A stretch of 64,000 nt of DNA from Seison nebaliae (lineage: Eukaryota): positions 1 to 64,000 of the forward strand of contig JALJEE010003072.1 of NCBI GenBank assembly GCA_023231475.1, read 5' to 3'. Below, one piece after another: positions 1 through 12,200 of the stretch. Under the pieces are notes generated by a model that saw only the letters and a program-made list of their open reading frames with translations, was not told the DNA's origin and did not search any database. Numbering within the stretch: the stretch's first letter is position 1; each line of letters opens with the position of its first letter. The position numbers and the translations under genes were made by a program.

Positions 1-120
1 TTGTTCTTGTTCTTGTTCTTGTTCTTGTTCTTGTTCTTGTTCTTGTTCTTGTTCTTGTTCTTGTTCTTGTTCTTGTTCTTGTTCTTGTTCTTGTTCTTGT
101 TCTTGTTCTTGTTCTTGTTC
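1..120 (-). repeat. Perfect hexamer tandem repeat (GAACAA)20, coding poly-(Glu-Gln)
   Basis: (TTGTTC)x20 on the plus strand, in frame with the kleisin ORF; truncated by the window edge. Confidence 0.95.
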
Positions 121-1008
121 TTTCATCAAATCGTCTTTAGAAATTGAAGTAATTTCTTTATCAGAATTGGGTGAACTATTTTCCGTTTTACTTTCAATCC
201 CCTCATTACTTTTCTTATTATTCTCTTCGTCATTCACTGATTTATGTTTAGGTTGAAGTACTAACTCATTTTCATCAAAATCGTAAGGGTACTGTTCAAC
301 GATATCCATCGATGGCAATTTTTTCTTCCGTCGAACTGATTTTTTTCGACTTGATCTATTAGCCACACGATCGAGGAAAGAAAATTTCACTTTCTTCTTT
401 CCCCACTCAGTAGGTTTTCGCGCATTCTCAATCAAATCATTCATTTCTTGAACTGCTGTTCCAGACACACCCTGGTTGAGATAGTCATTTGTCATTGGTA
501 AATCTTCTTCAAATTTACATCCAATTTTCATTTTCTTCTCTTCCACATTTCTTCTCCTGTTCCTTTTCCGTTTTAATGAACTGATTTGTCTATTCTTCGA
601 CGACTTAATTGGCTTATCATAATAATTCATATTCCTTGGAAAAATATTAGTCTTCGTGACGGTAATACTAAGCAAATAAGTTGGTACTTTATCATCGTCG
701 ACAATTATCTCGAATGTATTTAAATCATCCGACAGAAGATTATTCAGTTTTAAAATTTCTTCCTTTTTCATAAAGATCTTCTTCCGAATAATTTGGACAA
801 TTCCTTTAATAAAATAACTGCCGAAGTTTAAATCTATTAATGATGAGTCGATCTGATTTAAAAATCGAAAATATTCAGCTAAATCAGTTTCATTCAACCG
901 ATTCTTAGTCAAACGATTGTGGTCGTTAGCAGCCATCCAAATTATCTTTAATGCATGTCCGTTTTCCCCTTCAAACTCTGCCAGATCCAAATTATTGTGA
1001 AATTTCAT
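1..1008 (-). CDS. Rad21/Rec8-family kleisin (cohesin subunit), divergent; 3' part runs off the window
   Basis: ATG at 1008 opens a stop-free frame to position 1 (336 codons; absent from the ORF track because there is no stop in the window). N-terminal GHALKIIWMAANDHNRLTKNRLNETDL...LNFGSYFIKGIVQIIRKK aligns by eye with the Rad21/Rec8 N-terminal domain ([26 protein letters not shown]...LRTSGHLLLGVVRIYHRK). It is followed by a basic/acidic linker and (EQ)20. Confidence 0.75.
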   Translation of the reverse strand, partial: MKFHNNLDLAEFEGENGHALKIIWMAANDHNRLTKNRLNETDLAEYFRFLNQIDSSLIDLNFGSYFIKGIVQIIRKKIFMKKEEILKLNNLLSDDLNTFEIIVDDDKVPTYLLSITVTKTNIFPRNMNYYDKPIKSSKNRQISSLKRKRNRRRNVEEKKMKIGCKFEEDLPMTNDYLNQGVSGTAVQEMNDLIENARKPTEWGKKKVKFSFLDRVANRSSRKKSVRRKKKLPSMDIVEQYPYDFDENELVLQPKHKSVNDEENNKKSNEGIESKTENSSPNSDKEITSISKDDLMKEQEQEQEQEQEQEQEQEQEQEQEQEQEQEQEQEQEQEQEQ

Positions 1009-1639
1009 TTTTCTGCTTGAAAACTTTCCAATTTCTTTTTAAACTTTCTACAAATTCACTAAAACCCACAGCCGAAATAAATATTTGACTAATTACATAA
1101 TCTCGATAAGTGGATGGAGGTCACAGGTCCGGAGTTGGCTCTCAGTTATCTTACAACACATTCTCCAGTTTTCTTCCCATTTATCACTATTTTAATCACG
1201 ACTATATGTCCTTTTTGAAAGTGAAGCCTGTAAATAATGAAATTGGGAAATATTCCGAAATTTTCCAATTTCATAATTATTTCTCAATAAAAATTATTTG
1301 TTCAAGTCTTTACAATGTAATTCATGTAAAGTTTACATGTTTTATTTTATTATTTTTGTTTTATTTACAAGTTTTCTTAATTAGTATTCCCGTCGGGATA
1401 AAAATGAAAAATAGGAGAAAAAATTATTATCGTCCTCGATGTTAATATAATGTGGTAATTGGTCGGGGGAATCATGATCGATTGATAGCGAAGAGATGGG
1501 GTCATATGAAGTAATAAAAACTTTGAAATCAGTACGAGAAATGTTTACGGATATCTCATAGTATTATATATAAAATATTTAAACTATGTTAGAAATCGTT
1601 AAATATAAATTTAAAATGTAAGCGTTTTTTTTTCGGAAA

Positions 1640-2140
1640 ACCTATGAATGAACTTTCTGCCTAGAAAAAGGGGGCGCTATCGAAAAGTAGCCCGTTCTCC
1701 TAATGAGTCGATTGTAGGCCCGGTCCATCGACAAGAACGAACGATGAAAACATAGGAAGATGGTCTCTAGAGAGTATAGGGGTAGCATTAGACTCCTGAA
1801 AAGTGAAAGACGGATCTTCAACGGAACGATTTTCATTTACGAGAGAAGGAGAAAAAAGTTCTGGAGAATTTATTAGGGATACGGTCGAGAACTGATATGG
1901 AAAGTAATCGCATATCGATCAGCGAATCTAGGAAGATAGTGGTAGAAGTAAGAGGAATGCTTGAGAAAGAAGGACGTCGTCGATAGCCAGACAAAATAAC
2001 CAGGGACCCAAGATTGTACCTTGACGAACATCTGAATTGATTTGGATAGAAGTACTGAAGTTGTCACCATGAACGACTCGTCCAGAAGAGTTCTGAGAAT
2101 GATGAACAAGAACTTTTAGAAGTTTAAAAAATGTTTAGGG
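1640..2140 (-). mobile_element. Degenerate non-LTR retrotransposon (LINE, probably RTE clade) reverse transcriptase fragment
   Basis: The minus strand reads KLLKVLVHHSQNSSGRVVHGDNFSTSIQINSDVRQGTILGPWLFCLAIDDVL (the RT 'GVRQGxxLSPxLF' motif). Further on, KIRLSLFRSLMLPLYSLET...MDRAYNRLIRR resembles the RTE post-RT region. Contains stops and frameshifts, and no YADD motif is visible. Confidence 0.8.
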
Positions 2141-2143
2141 TAA

Positions 2144-4486
2144 TTATTGAATTAAACGATAATAGAAACTATTTAAAATTTTCACAAACGACTTTACTTC
2201 ACAACCAAAAACGTTACACATCATTTCCACGATATATTGTCGAGAAGAATATTTAGCGAATTGTTGAGATGATAATATCCAATGTTTATCCACTTTCACG
2301 ATTTTCGAAATGAAATAATCGTTCTCATTGAATGTTTGACGGAGGAAAAATGGTGTAAATTGATGGTAATATGAATCATTTATTAAGGGAAATTCGTTTT
2401 GTAAAACTTGGAGAATTTTTCTTCCTAAATTCTCTTTATCTTCCGATTGTTTATCAAACAAATATAAAATTGTTGGTATGGGATTGTTGTGAAGAATATT
2501 TGTCTTGTTAATTCTTTTATAAATTAATGATATCTCGTTGGGTAGAATGAGAATGAGTAGATGACGTAGATAATCGAATGGAAAGATATGATGACTGATG
2601 GTTTGATTAATACATTTAATTTTCATTTCTAATAATTCTTCGTCCAATCTCTTCACTTCCAATTCATCGTCGTGATCGATTTGAAAGTTTTGTGAAAGTT
2701 TCTTAAATAGAAATTGACAGTCGTTTTTCGTCACATTTTCATATCGTTTATTATGTGCTTGGAAGAAAGTGGAGTAAGAAAATCGATTGAAATTCATTTC
2801 GAAGATATTGAAAAGATCGGACGGTTTTTTCAATTTCAACAATGACAAATCATCGAAAGAAAACGATCGATCTTTCATTAACAGACTTCGAACGAAGACG
2901 AGTTGTTTGCGTATGATGATGAACCATTGATAGATATCGAATGGATCAGATTTGAGGAAATTATTTAAAATTTTATCGGTCAATTCTTTCGTACGATATG
3001 AGTTGAGAAGTTTACGATAAATTCGAATTAATCGACTTGACATTTGGAGGAATTGGAATGAATAACGAAGAAAGAACATTTCAAGGGAGAGATAAATGAT
3101 GACTAAAATTTGTAGATCGAATGAACATGATAAATTTTCATCAAATTCGATGAATTGATAAAAAAATGTTTTATTGGGAAGATTTTGAATTGGAGCAGCA
3201 GATTGTTCATGGATTTCTTTTAAATAAGTCGTCGTCATTTGTTGAAGGATACGATAAAGATAATGGAATGGCGAATGTTCCATACTGATCAATTCGTCGG
3301 GAAGATTAAGTTGATGGAGAAATTGTTTAGCAATTTCATGAACTTGATATTCATTCGTTTTAGTGAATGGTGAGAAAGTGGGATAAAGTGGAAGATGATT
3401 AAATTTAAATAATTTGTAAACATTGGAAATAATCAATTCATAAGAATAATCGATTAATTTGATAGTAGTTGGAATGAAAGGAATCTCCAAATTCATATAA
3501 TTCTTATTTAATTCTTCTAATTTCGATCGTAATTGAAATTGTGTCATTTGGAAATGATTAAAGAATAATTGATTCTCATTCAATAATGTCCGATATTCAT
3601 CGAATATTATCGGAACATTCATTAAACGTAAACTACTCCAAACGATAATGAGAGATAAAAGACAATTCCTTTTTGGATAAAGATGTTGAATATCATCAAT
3701 TTTTAATTCATTTAAGTTCACTAATTCTCTCTCGGATAAATAAGTAATTCCCATACGTTTCAAATGATTGAAAAGAAGATTAAAAGATATTTTCATAGAT
3801 AATTCTTTCGGACAAATCGTCATTCGAGATAACATAGCCAATTGACGACTGATCATATAAGCAATGAGTGGAGAAATGAGATATTGTTTCCCTTCATCTC
3901 TAAACAAATATTCTAATCTCTTATACATATCTCGATGAATGAGAAAGAAAGGAATCACACAATTTTCATTAGGAAATGTCAAATCGAATTGATTCAATTT
4001 CATTCGACAATTATTCGTCATTTGTAAATCATAATAATTTATCGATTCATTCAGAATTTGATTAATATATTTCAAATCATCCAGATCTCCCGATTCATTA
4101 ACCGAATTGAAATTTTTTTCAATTTTTCCAAAATCATCATATTCATTAAAATTTAACACATTCTCTTCATATGTGAGATCACCATCATAATTCTCTGATA
4201 TCACTGACCGATTACTTTCATTATCAGATGAATCATCATCTGCAATTATCGAACCAGTTATTGTCTCGATTTCTGTATTATTATCATCCTCATCATCATT
4301 GTCGTCGTCATCACCTTTATCTGATCCATAATTATTATCTTCATCAGCATTATAGTTTTTTGATTCGCACATCTCTTCATTGATCTCTTGCATTTGACTT
4401 GAAGTAATCATACAACACGTCAAACAGGTCATGTTTCCATCTATCGATCGTCTCACTTTCTTACTTCCACAATTCGAACATTGCAT
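2144..4486 (-). CDS. TAF1B: TAF1B/RRN7-like RNA polymerase I initiation factor (TFIIB-related)
   Basis: Intronless 780-aa ORF with an N-terminal zinc ribbon CSNC-x14-CLTC and an acidic linker. LSLIIVWSSLRLMNVPIIFDEYRTLLNENQLFF resembles the TAF1B segment [31 protein letters not shown]. Confidence 0.7.
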   Translation of the reverse strand: MQCSNCGSKKVRRSIDGNMTCLTCCMITSSQMQEINEEMCESKNYNADEDNNYGSDKGDDDDNDDEDDNNTEIETITGSIIADDDSSDNESNRSVISENYDGDLTYEENVLNFNEYDDFGKIEKNFNSVNESGDLDDLKYINQILNESINYYDLQMTNNCRMKLNQFDLTFPNENCVIPFFLIHRDMYKRLEYLFRDEGKQYLISPLIAYMISRQLAMLSRMTICPKELSMKISFNLLFNHLKRMGITYLSERELVNLNELKIDDIQHLYPKRNCLLSLIIVWSSLRLMNVPIIFDEYRTLLNENQLFFNHFQMTQFQLRSKLEELNKNYMNLEIPFIPTTIKLIDYSYELIISNVYKLFKFNHLPLYPTFSPFTKTNEYQVHEIAKQFLHQLNLPDELISMEHSPFHYLYRILQQMTTTYLKEIHEQSAAPIQNLPNKTFFYQFIEFDENLSCSFDLQILVIIYLSLEMFFLRYSFQFLQMSSRLIRIYRKLLNSYRTKELTDKILNNFLKSDPFDIYQWFIIIRKQLVFVRSLLMKDRSFSFDDLSLLKLKKPSDLFNIFEMNFNRFSYSTFFQAHNKRYENVTKNDCQFLFKKLSQNFQIDHDDELEVKRLDEELLEMKIKCINQTISHHIFPFDYLRHLLILILPNEISLIYKRINKTNILHNNPIPTILYLFDKQSEDKENLGRKILQVLQNEFPLINDSYYHQFTPFFLRQTFNENDYFISKIVKVDKHWILSSQQFAKYSSRQYIVEMMCNVFGCEVKSFVKILNSFYYRLIQ

Positions 4487-5128
4487 CTTCTTTTACATCA
4501 ATATCTATATTAATTAGCTCACGATAAGTGTGTTGAATTGAACGAATGAAAGCTTTCGATTCATATTTCAAATTGATTCTTTTCTTCTTTTCTATTAGGA
4601 GAAATCGGAAAAAAATTCAGAAAATTATTAATTGGACATTTTACTACTTATTTCTATTTAATTTTTGTTCTCATAACTTAAAATAGGGTTGAAATAATTT
4701 CAAGTTTCATTAATATGATTAGTGATTCATTGACTTTTTTCATATTTCATCTGACTTCATTCTAAGTTCACGATAATGGCTAGAATATATTATCATATTA
4801 AAATATTTTCCATCCAAACATACAAATCACCAATATTTCTGTAGCGGATGTTTTATTTAAAATCTTTGTAAATAAAGGAGAAAATATTATAAAATTTTTG
4901 AGAATGTCAAAATGTCCCAAAGTTCATTTGGTAAGTGGTTGATAGAATGTTAAATTATCGATGGGAAATTGAAAAAAACTGAAATTGGTTTTTAACTCAA
5001 CTCGATTTTCAATTTTCTCTTCACTTCCTTATTTGTTTTCTAAACTGAACATTCCTACAGTTGTCGAAAATCGGTTTGGAAAAAGCGAAATCGAATTCAT
5101 ATTTCAGTTTCAGTTTCGATTTACTTCC

Positions 5129-5760
5129 TTATAGTTGAATATAAATAAGAAAGAAATAGAAAGCGTTTATTAGTTTAGAATAACAAAAAATATTTTTTTG
5201 TATTTGAGTTTTGATTTTGGAATTTTGGTAGGGAGTCCAAATGGACTTCCGATCTGTTAGATAATGGTTGGACGACATGGCTAAACATTTGCGCCATGGT
5301 CGTTCTTCTTTCCTTTCTAGGAGAGAATGGGCAATGTACCCATATGCGTTTCCCAAACCATTACTGCAGAACCAAACAACCCGGTCTACAGAATTCTTTA
5401 CAAGTAGGTAATATTCGGGAACGGCCAGTAAGTCCAATCCTCCATAATTGAGGAGGTATTGGTAGCCCGGGAAATAAAGGGAGGCCTGGGCTACTTGAAT
5501 CGTTGTCCAATAGTTTACTTAGACTTTCTGTTTGAACTTTCATTTGGTGCCTATGGCCTAATTGGCATTAGTTACCCAGTTAACATTAGCGGGTCTGGTT
5601 AATATTAACGGGCCCAGTTACCACAACTGGGTCTAGTTAGTATTAATCGGCCCAGCTCAGATTAGATGGTACCATCAATATTCGTTGGTAAAATTAACAT
5701 TTGTTGGTACAATTAACATTTGTTGGTCCAGTTATTATACTCTCTACTCTCACCAAATAC
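5129..5760 (-). pseudogene. Decayed coding-like remnant, possibly retroelement gag-like
   Basis: GC-richer island with frameshifted pieces (GLPLFPGLPIPPQLWR / DLLAVPEYYLLVKNSVDRVVWF...LLERKEERPW) and degenerate short repeats at 5560-5730. No diagnostic motif. Confidence 0.3.
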
Positions 5761-5991
5761 ATTCAAATTGTTAAATTTTAACTAACACTATTCAGTTATC
5801 ACATTCACACATTGAATCTTATTGAATTGGTTTGAATATGGAAATAATTTAAAAAAAATTGTTTTATAACAATCTCATTTACCGGCAACAAATTAATTCC
5901 TATTTTCTAATTCCTAATAAACTGTTAAACTTCAATTTCTTCGATGTGTGTTAACAGTTGTTGTTCTTCGTTGTCGTGTCAGACATAGTCG

Positions 5992-6108
5992 AGTAATTGA
6001 ACTATAAAATTGTTTAAATTATTAATTAAATATAATTGTATAAAAACTTTACTACTCTCATAAATACAATTTTATAGTTCAATTACTTATGAGAGTAGTA
6101 AAGTTTTT
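5992..6108. repeat. Two interleaved perfect 22-bp inverted repeats (A-B-A'-B')
   Basis: 5992-6013 is the exact reverse complement of 6066-6087, and 6042-6063 is the exact reverse complement of 6087-6108. Confidence 0.9.
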
Positions 6109-6297
6109 CAATAGTTTGTTAGGTGAAGTAATGAGAAGAGGATTATCATCAGTAATAATTCGTAATATATTTTATTAATAATGGATGTACTTTATAAAAT
6201 TTGTATATATATATACAAGTGTATATATATGATGATCAACTAAATGTGATAAGTGGGAAATTTAAGTTGTTATAGACATACTGGAAAATGCAGATAA

Positions 6298-9200
6298 TTA
6301 TTTATTATCTAAATTATAAAGAAGTGGTTCGACACAGAATCCTCCATCACAAGGATCATAATGTCTTGGTAAGGAATGAGCTGATGTTGATGATAATCCT
6401 CGTTGTCCACATCGGGACACGTCACGAGATTGATGACCTTTTCTGGCTCGATTATTCAATAAATTATTTTTCATCCCAAATTGATTATTAATAATATTCG
6501 TATTCTGATTATTCATCATATTATTTGTGTAGTATATTTGATTGACCATAAACGAATCCATATTATTCGGATTATTATTGTTGTTATTCTTATCAGTATG
6601 CTCAATTGTTATACGATCGTCTGAGATATTATTGTGCATATTTCCATGATTCATAGTATTGTTAGTTACACTGCTCTTATTCATGTTGTGATAACAGTTC
6701 AAATAATTAGAATGACTCAAATTTGTGTTGTTGTTCTTTGTGTTATGTCCACAAGCCAATTTCTGGAATTCTCCATTGTATAATGGTAAATTAGGTGGTG
6801 CTGGTAATGGTGGTGCCGTTCCACCAGTCATTGTCATCGGTTTTCTATCGTACTCATTGAAATAATCGAATGACGTTTGTTGAGTTGTATCGTTGTTGAA
6901 CGGATTTACTGCTGATTGGAAAGATGTCGGTAACAATATTGATGATGGTTCCGTTCCATCAAATCTCAAAGTTGCTGCAGAAGTTTTTGCACGAGTTGCT
7001 GCTCGAATCACATCTATAAAAGAAGATGATTAAGTGTATGTGTATGTAAAATATAAATATGAAGAATAACCATCAGCTGATGGTGGTGGCATACCAGTTC
7101 TTTGTACCAATAACTTTAACGTATCATGACAACCTCTTATTAATTGTGTCGCTTGTTCATGTGTAAGTGATGACGTGTCATATCCGTTAATATTCATAAT
7201 TATATCACCTACTTGCAATTTGTTGAAAGCAGCACCAGTAATACTTGTGACGAGAACGAAAATATTTGAATTGAAATCGCTTCCTCCTCGAATGGAGAAA
7301 CCGAACCCTTTCTTACCTCGTCGTAGAATGATGGAGTAAAGATTCCTATCCAATTGAATCACCGATCCGTCATTCTCCAAATCTCCATAACTGTCGTCAG
7401 TCGAAGTGAAATGTTCATGCTAAATTATAGTTGAATGGGAATTTAAAAAAAAAAAATCAAATTTTCCAACCTCTTCATCAATTTCATATTGATCATTGCG
7501 ACTGGAGAGAACAAGAGAAAGAAACGGATTAGAAAATTTTAAATTTAGTTTTAAAAAGATTTTCAAATAAATTAACTTTTTCTGATGTTGTGATGATAAT
7601 GAATCACTCTCCAATTCATTTTGAGCACAATGTGAATTAGGTATGGTGGAGGAAGATAATGTTAGAACGACATATGTCGAATGAAGACACAATAATTCGT
7701 TAAGTTGATCATGTGACAATTGGACGACTAATTTCCCGTGAACTGCAATTAATTCGTCATTTGGATAAATTCTTCTTGCTTTATCCGCTATACTTCCATC
7801 AATAATTTTACCTAAAAGAAATTATATGACAATTCGAATGAATAAAAAATTAACGAATGAAATGTCGATATCCATTTGGACATTCGATGGTTTTTATTTG
7901 AAATCCATAAGTCTGTCGTGCTTTCTTATGCAACGTCACTTGAATTGACGACACTATCTTACTATTAGCCATATTAATATTATTGTTGGTGTTACTGTTG
8001 TTGTTGTTGTTCACTAAATGACAATGATTATTATTCGTATTATCGTTACAGATTGATGTTGTACGATGATAATCACGGAAATTATCTTAAATAACAGAAA
8101 AAATTTTAAATAGTTTTTTTTTAAATTTAAATGTTAATTAATTTAAATTTAAACTATTTCTCTGATTGTTCTCACCATTCTTCATGGAGGATGGTAAGAT
8201 ATTTCTTTTCAAATGGAGAACGATGTTTCGATGAGCAATTGATCTTTTGAGAAGGTTAAATGTTTCGGTTGATGACAATTGTATCATGCTTTGTCCATTC
8301 ATTCCGATAATTTCATCACCGGATCGTAAACGACCATCTCGAGATGCGGCGCTATCACTTAATACTTCTTCGATTTTCATGGTACGAGTATGTTGATGTG
8401 AATGATTTGGTTGAATCTAAAAAGAAATTTTTTCGAAAGACAAATTTTAATTAGTGGAAAACAGATAAATTTTCTTCTCTAACCGTAAATCCGAAACCAT
8501 TACGATCCTGTGGAAGTATTTTCAATTGGACCGTCAAATATTGAAATTTATTTTCATCATAGCTGTTGTTATTGTTTTTGTGATGGCTGTTGTTGTTGTT
8601 GTTATTATTATTCATATTTTCATCTTTCTTCACATGTTCAACTGATGAGCATTCTTTCCGATGATGTTCTCGGAGATTCGGTTTCTTTCGATTCTCATCC
8701 GTTTTCCATTTCTGACATTCATATGATGCATCATATGAATAATTATTTGGTCGATCTGATCGTTTGTGAGGTTGTGCTGTGATATTTGTCATTCGATTAT
8801 TCACCGGTCGATAATATGTCATAGAATTTTTGAGGAAATGGAGATGTTTGTCTTGTTGGAAGGATGATTGAGGTGGAGGTGGAGGAGCGGTAGCAGCAGT
8901 AGGAATATGATGAGAAAGATGAGAACGGTAATATGGACAACATACTTCATTCTCATTCATTCCATTCCTTGAGAGTAGTTGGTCATGTGCACATCGATTA
9001 ACTGTGGGACATACGTCTATCATCTCATTCGTTAAATGATGTGACAAGTCACAATTACTTCGAATTCTAAAATGATGACCATTATCATTCAAATGGTCAT
9101 TATTATTATTATTGTTATTGTTGTTCTTATTATTATTAGTGCAATGAACATGATTACAATTACACAACTTATTTAATTGCGGCTGCTTGTTGGATGAGTA

Positions 9201-12200
9201 GTGTCTATGACAATTATGATGTTGCTCATCCATCGTATCCATCTGACACAAATCATTCATACACCAACAACTCGATTCATCAAATTCATCAATATCATTC
9301 TCCAAATGATTATCATTCTTATTCTGATGATCATTCTTCATCTCTTTTTCGTGCGCCTCGTTGTTGTTATTCGTTTTCTTCTTTTGGCAATTATGTGTCG
9401 ATCGGGTTCTATGATTCCCCACTTGTAACTGATCCACATGATGATAATTATCTTTATGACGATTATTCTTGCAATAATGATGATAAACTTCATGGTTCTC
9501 TTTCACATTCTTATTCATCTTATTCTGATGCATCGTCTTATTGACAATATTGGGATTGGTCGTAATACGTTGATTGGATGGAGAGATTGGAATTTTCTGC
9601 TCCTTTCCCGAATAACTACAATCGTTTACTGAATTTGAACGGAAACATTCATCTCCATTTCGGAATGGCAATTTATCTTCCTTCTTCTCTACCACATCAT
9701 CCTCACTCTTCTTATTGGATTGACATTGCTTCTTTTTGAGATCAGTCGCTAAATCGAAACAATTCATTCGTGCACAATCCGTCGTTTTCGTCATGGTGGA
9801 AGTGGAACTAGTTAAAGATGACGTCACCGTAATTGTGGTAGTGGGAGTGGTCGAATGATGGGATATGGTTGTTCCTCTCGATGGTATGACCATGGACTTC
9901 GTCTGTAACTTGTTACCATTCGCGAATAAATTACATTTCGAATTATTATTTTGTCGATGATGATGGTGATGATGGTGATGATGATGATTATCATTGATTG
10001 AACATAACGTTGTTGTTTTCGTTGTTGCGGTTGTCATAGATGGTGATGATTTGATCGTTGTTCCATAAAATTCTTTTCTGTTATTCTCATTCCTCGATTT
10101 CTCCAATAATATTGTCGCTGTCGTTGTCGTTGGTGTAGATGAAATCATCGAACTCGTCGTTGTACAATGAACGATATGACAATCTCGGGTGTTGGGGAAG
10201 TGTTCGCTATTATTAAATTTCGCACTTTCGCTCTTTCGTATATTCTCAAAAGGTATAAGTCGATCAATTGCCGTTGACGCAATGGAGAATATGGCAGAAC
10301 GACGATTTTGTGCATTGTTCTTAAGAATTTCATTATAATTCTTACGACTTTTATTACGAGATGAAGGACGACGATTTATATCGTCTCTTATTGTCATATT
10401 GCATAGTAGTTGATTAACATTCAAAGAATATTCACCACAATCCGAATAAACCCTTCTTAATCGTACCGGCTCCCGGTACTCGTCTCCATCTCCAACAAAT
10501 TCATTATTCTTTTCACCTTCTAATAAAGATTTTTAAATAAATAATAAAGCAATTCAAATTAGTTTTTATCAAGTCTTCCGTCTTCACCTTCACATTAACA
10601 ACATCAACAATGACAACCGTAAAATCCTTCTTCTTCAACCTCCTTCCTCCTCCCCCTTCTCCTCCTACCTCGTTCTCCTTCTCATTTCATTCATTTGAAC
10701 AAACAAATAATTTAACAACTTTTTCCTTCCTAATCTTCAATTGAAAATTCTTGAAATATAATTCATTTTATTAAATCAACTTCATTGATTGGATCTCGAG
10801 GAATCACCACCTCTTCCCGCCATCTCACAAATATAAGACAAACAAGCATAATAGACAACATTCCATTCATTGACGAGCATACTTTCTCGTTATTCACACA
10901 GCAAAGTCGATAGAAGAACGAATGAAAATATTCAATTTCATAATTACATTATTCGCTAAGAATTGTTAGGTTGAGAAGATGGGTGAATTGTTTATATAAA
11001 AACTTTTAAGGATTTCTCATTTCTTACAGATTCTCCAGATATCTCCTTCTCAACTCATATTTATATACCATCTTCTTTCATACCAAGTGACGATCAGTCA
11101 TATAACATTATCAACATCTTTCTCCTTCAACAATTCTTCCTCACACCTAAACACATACGTAATAGTTTTCATCCGAACCAACTCTAGACAAATTAATTAA
11201 AATCAACACATCATTATCACTAATGAGAATATACTCCAACTATTTCTTCATCTGAAGAAAAATGATTTCTGAAGTAAAAATTATTAACATGAATGATTGA
11301 CGAACTACTGGACTGGTGGTGGAGTACTACCCTAAAAAAAGATGAGACATAACGAAATTTTCATAAATATTCAATGATCCGTTCTTATCATTCAATTTTT
11401 ATCAAAAACAAATTCTTATCTCTAACAATTATTCTATTATGTTACTCGTAAAATTATGTTATACTCACATTTCATCTACAATCTCTAATTTAACACCCGA
11501 AGAAATTTTGAATTTGGGGAAAAGTTGCAAATGAAAAAAACTACTCATTTCATCACTACTACTCGATAGATATAACAGTTCGAATTCCCCATTATCTATC
11601 ATTCAGAATAACGTTATCGACATTCTGGTACTATTGGGAATAAGTTTTTCGGAAAATTTAACTTAAAACTGTTTTCGCTTCTGAAATGGTTGAATGGAAC
11701 ATGGATGAATCTCTTATTAATAATCAGTATGTATTTATAGTTACTGATGTTACAGAGAGTTGGAAAAGTTTCAAATTATTTTCAATTTCACAATTAAATA
11801 TTATTGGATGATCTCTAGGAAAATGTTATTCTAATTGATATGATGACTGGAATTAAATGATTTAGTCTAAATGATTTGTTAAAAGAGATGAAGAGGAAAT
11901 TGTGTTTATATTTTGGAGGAAAATTTTTAATTCACTTTCGAAGTGTAGATAGGAAGATAACAATGATATGAAAGATAATTTACTTAACATGATGGTGAAA
12001 TGGGAAGCGTAATTATGGATACGGATTGGGAAGGTAATGGAATCATTCGATTTTGAGTTTAAGATGGAGAAAGGAAGTGAAGTTCAATAATTTTAAGAAA
12101 ATATTATTTGTTTGGGGAAGAGAAATGAAATATTATTCAATTTCTTACTCCACTTATGGACATTGTTGTTTAAGGACATAGAATTATAGATTATTTTGAT

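Noticed and set aside
1..120. (TTGTTC)n as a telomeric repeat
   Set aside because: It is in frame with a long ORF (poly-EQ) and does not resemble G-rich telomere motifs.
5330..5437. Resemblance of VKNSVDRVVWFCSNGLGNAYG to the Ric-8 C-terminal motif
   Set aside because: Short, gapped similarity with no other Ric-8 sequence nearby; likely chance.
5992..6108. Full H-type pseudoknot
   Set aside because: One connecting loop is 0 nt and cannot span a 22-bp stem; kept only as competing hairpins or a template-switch scar.
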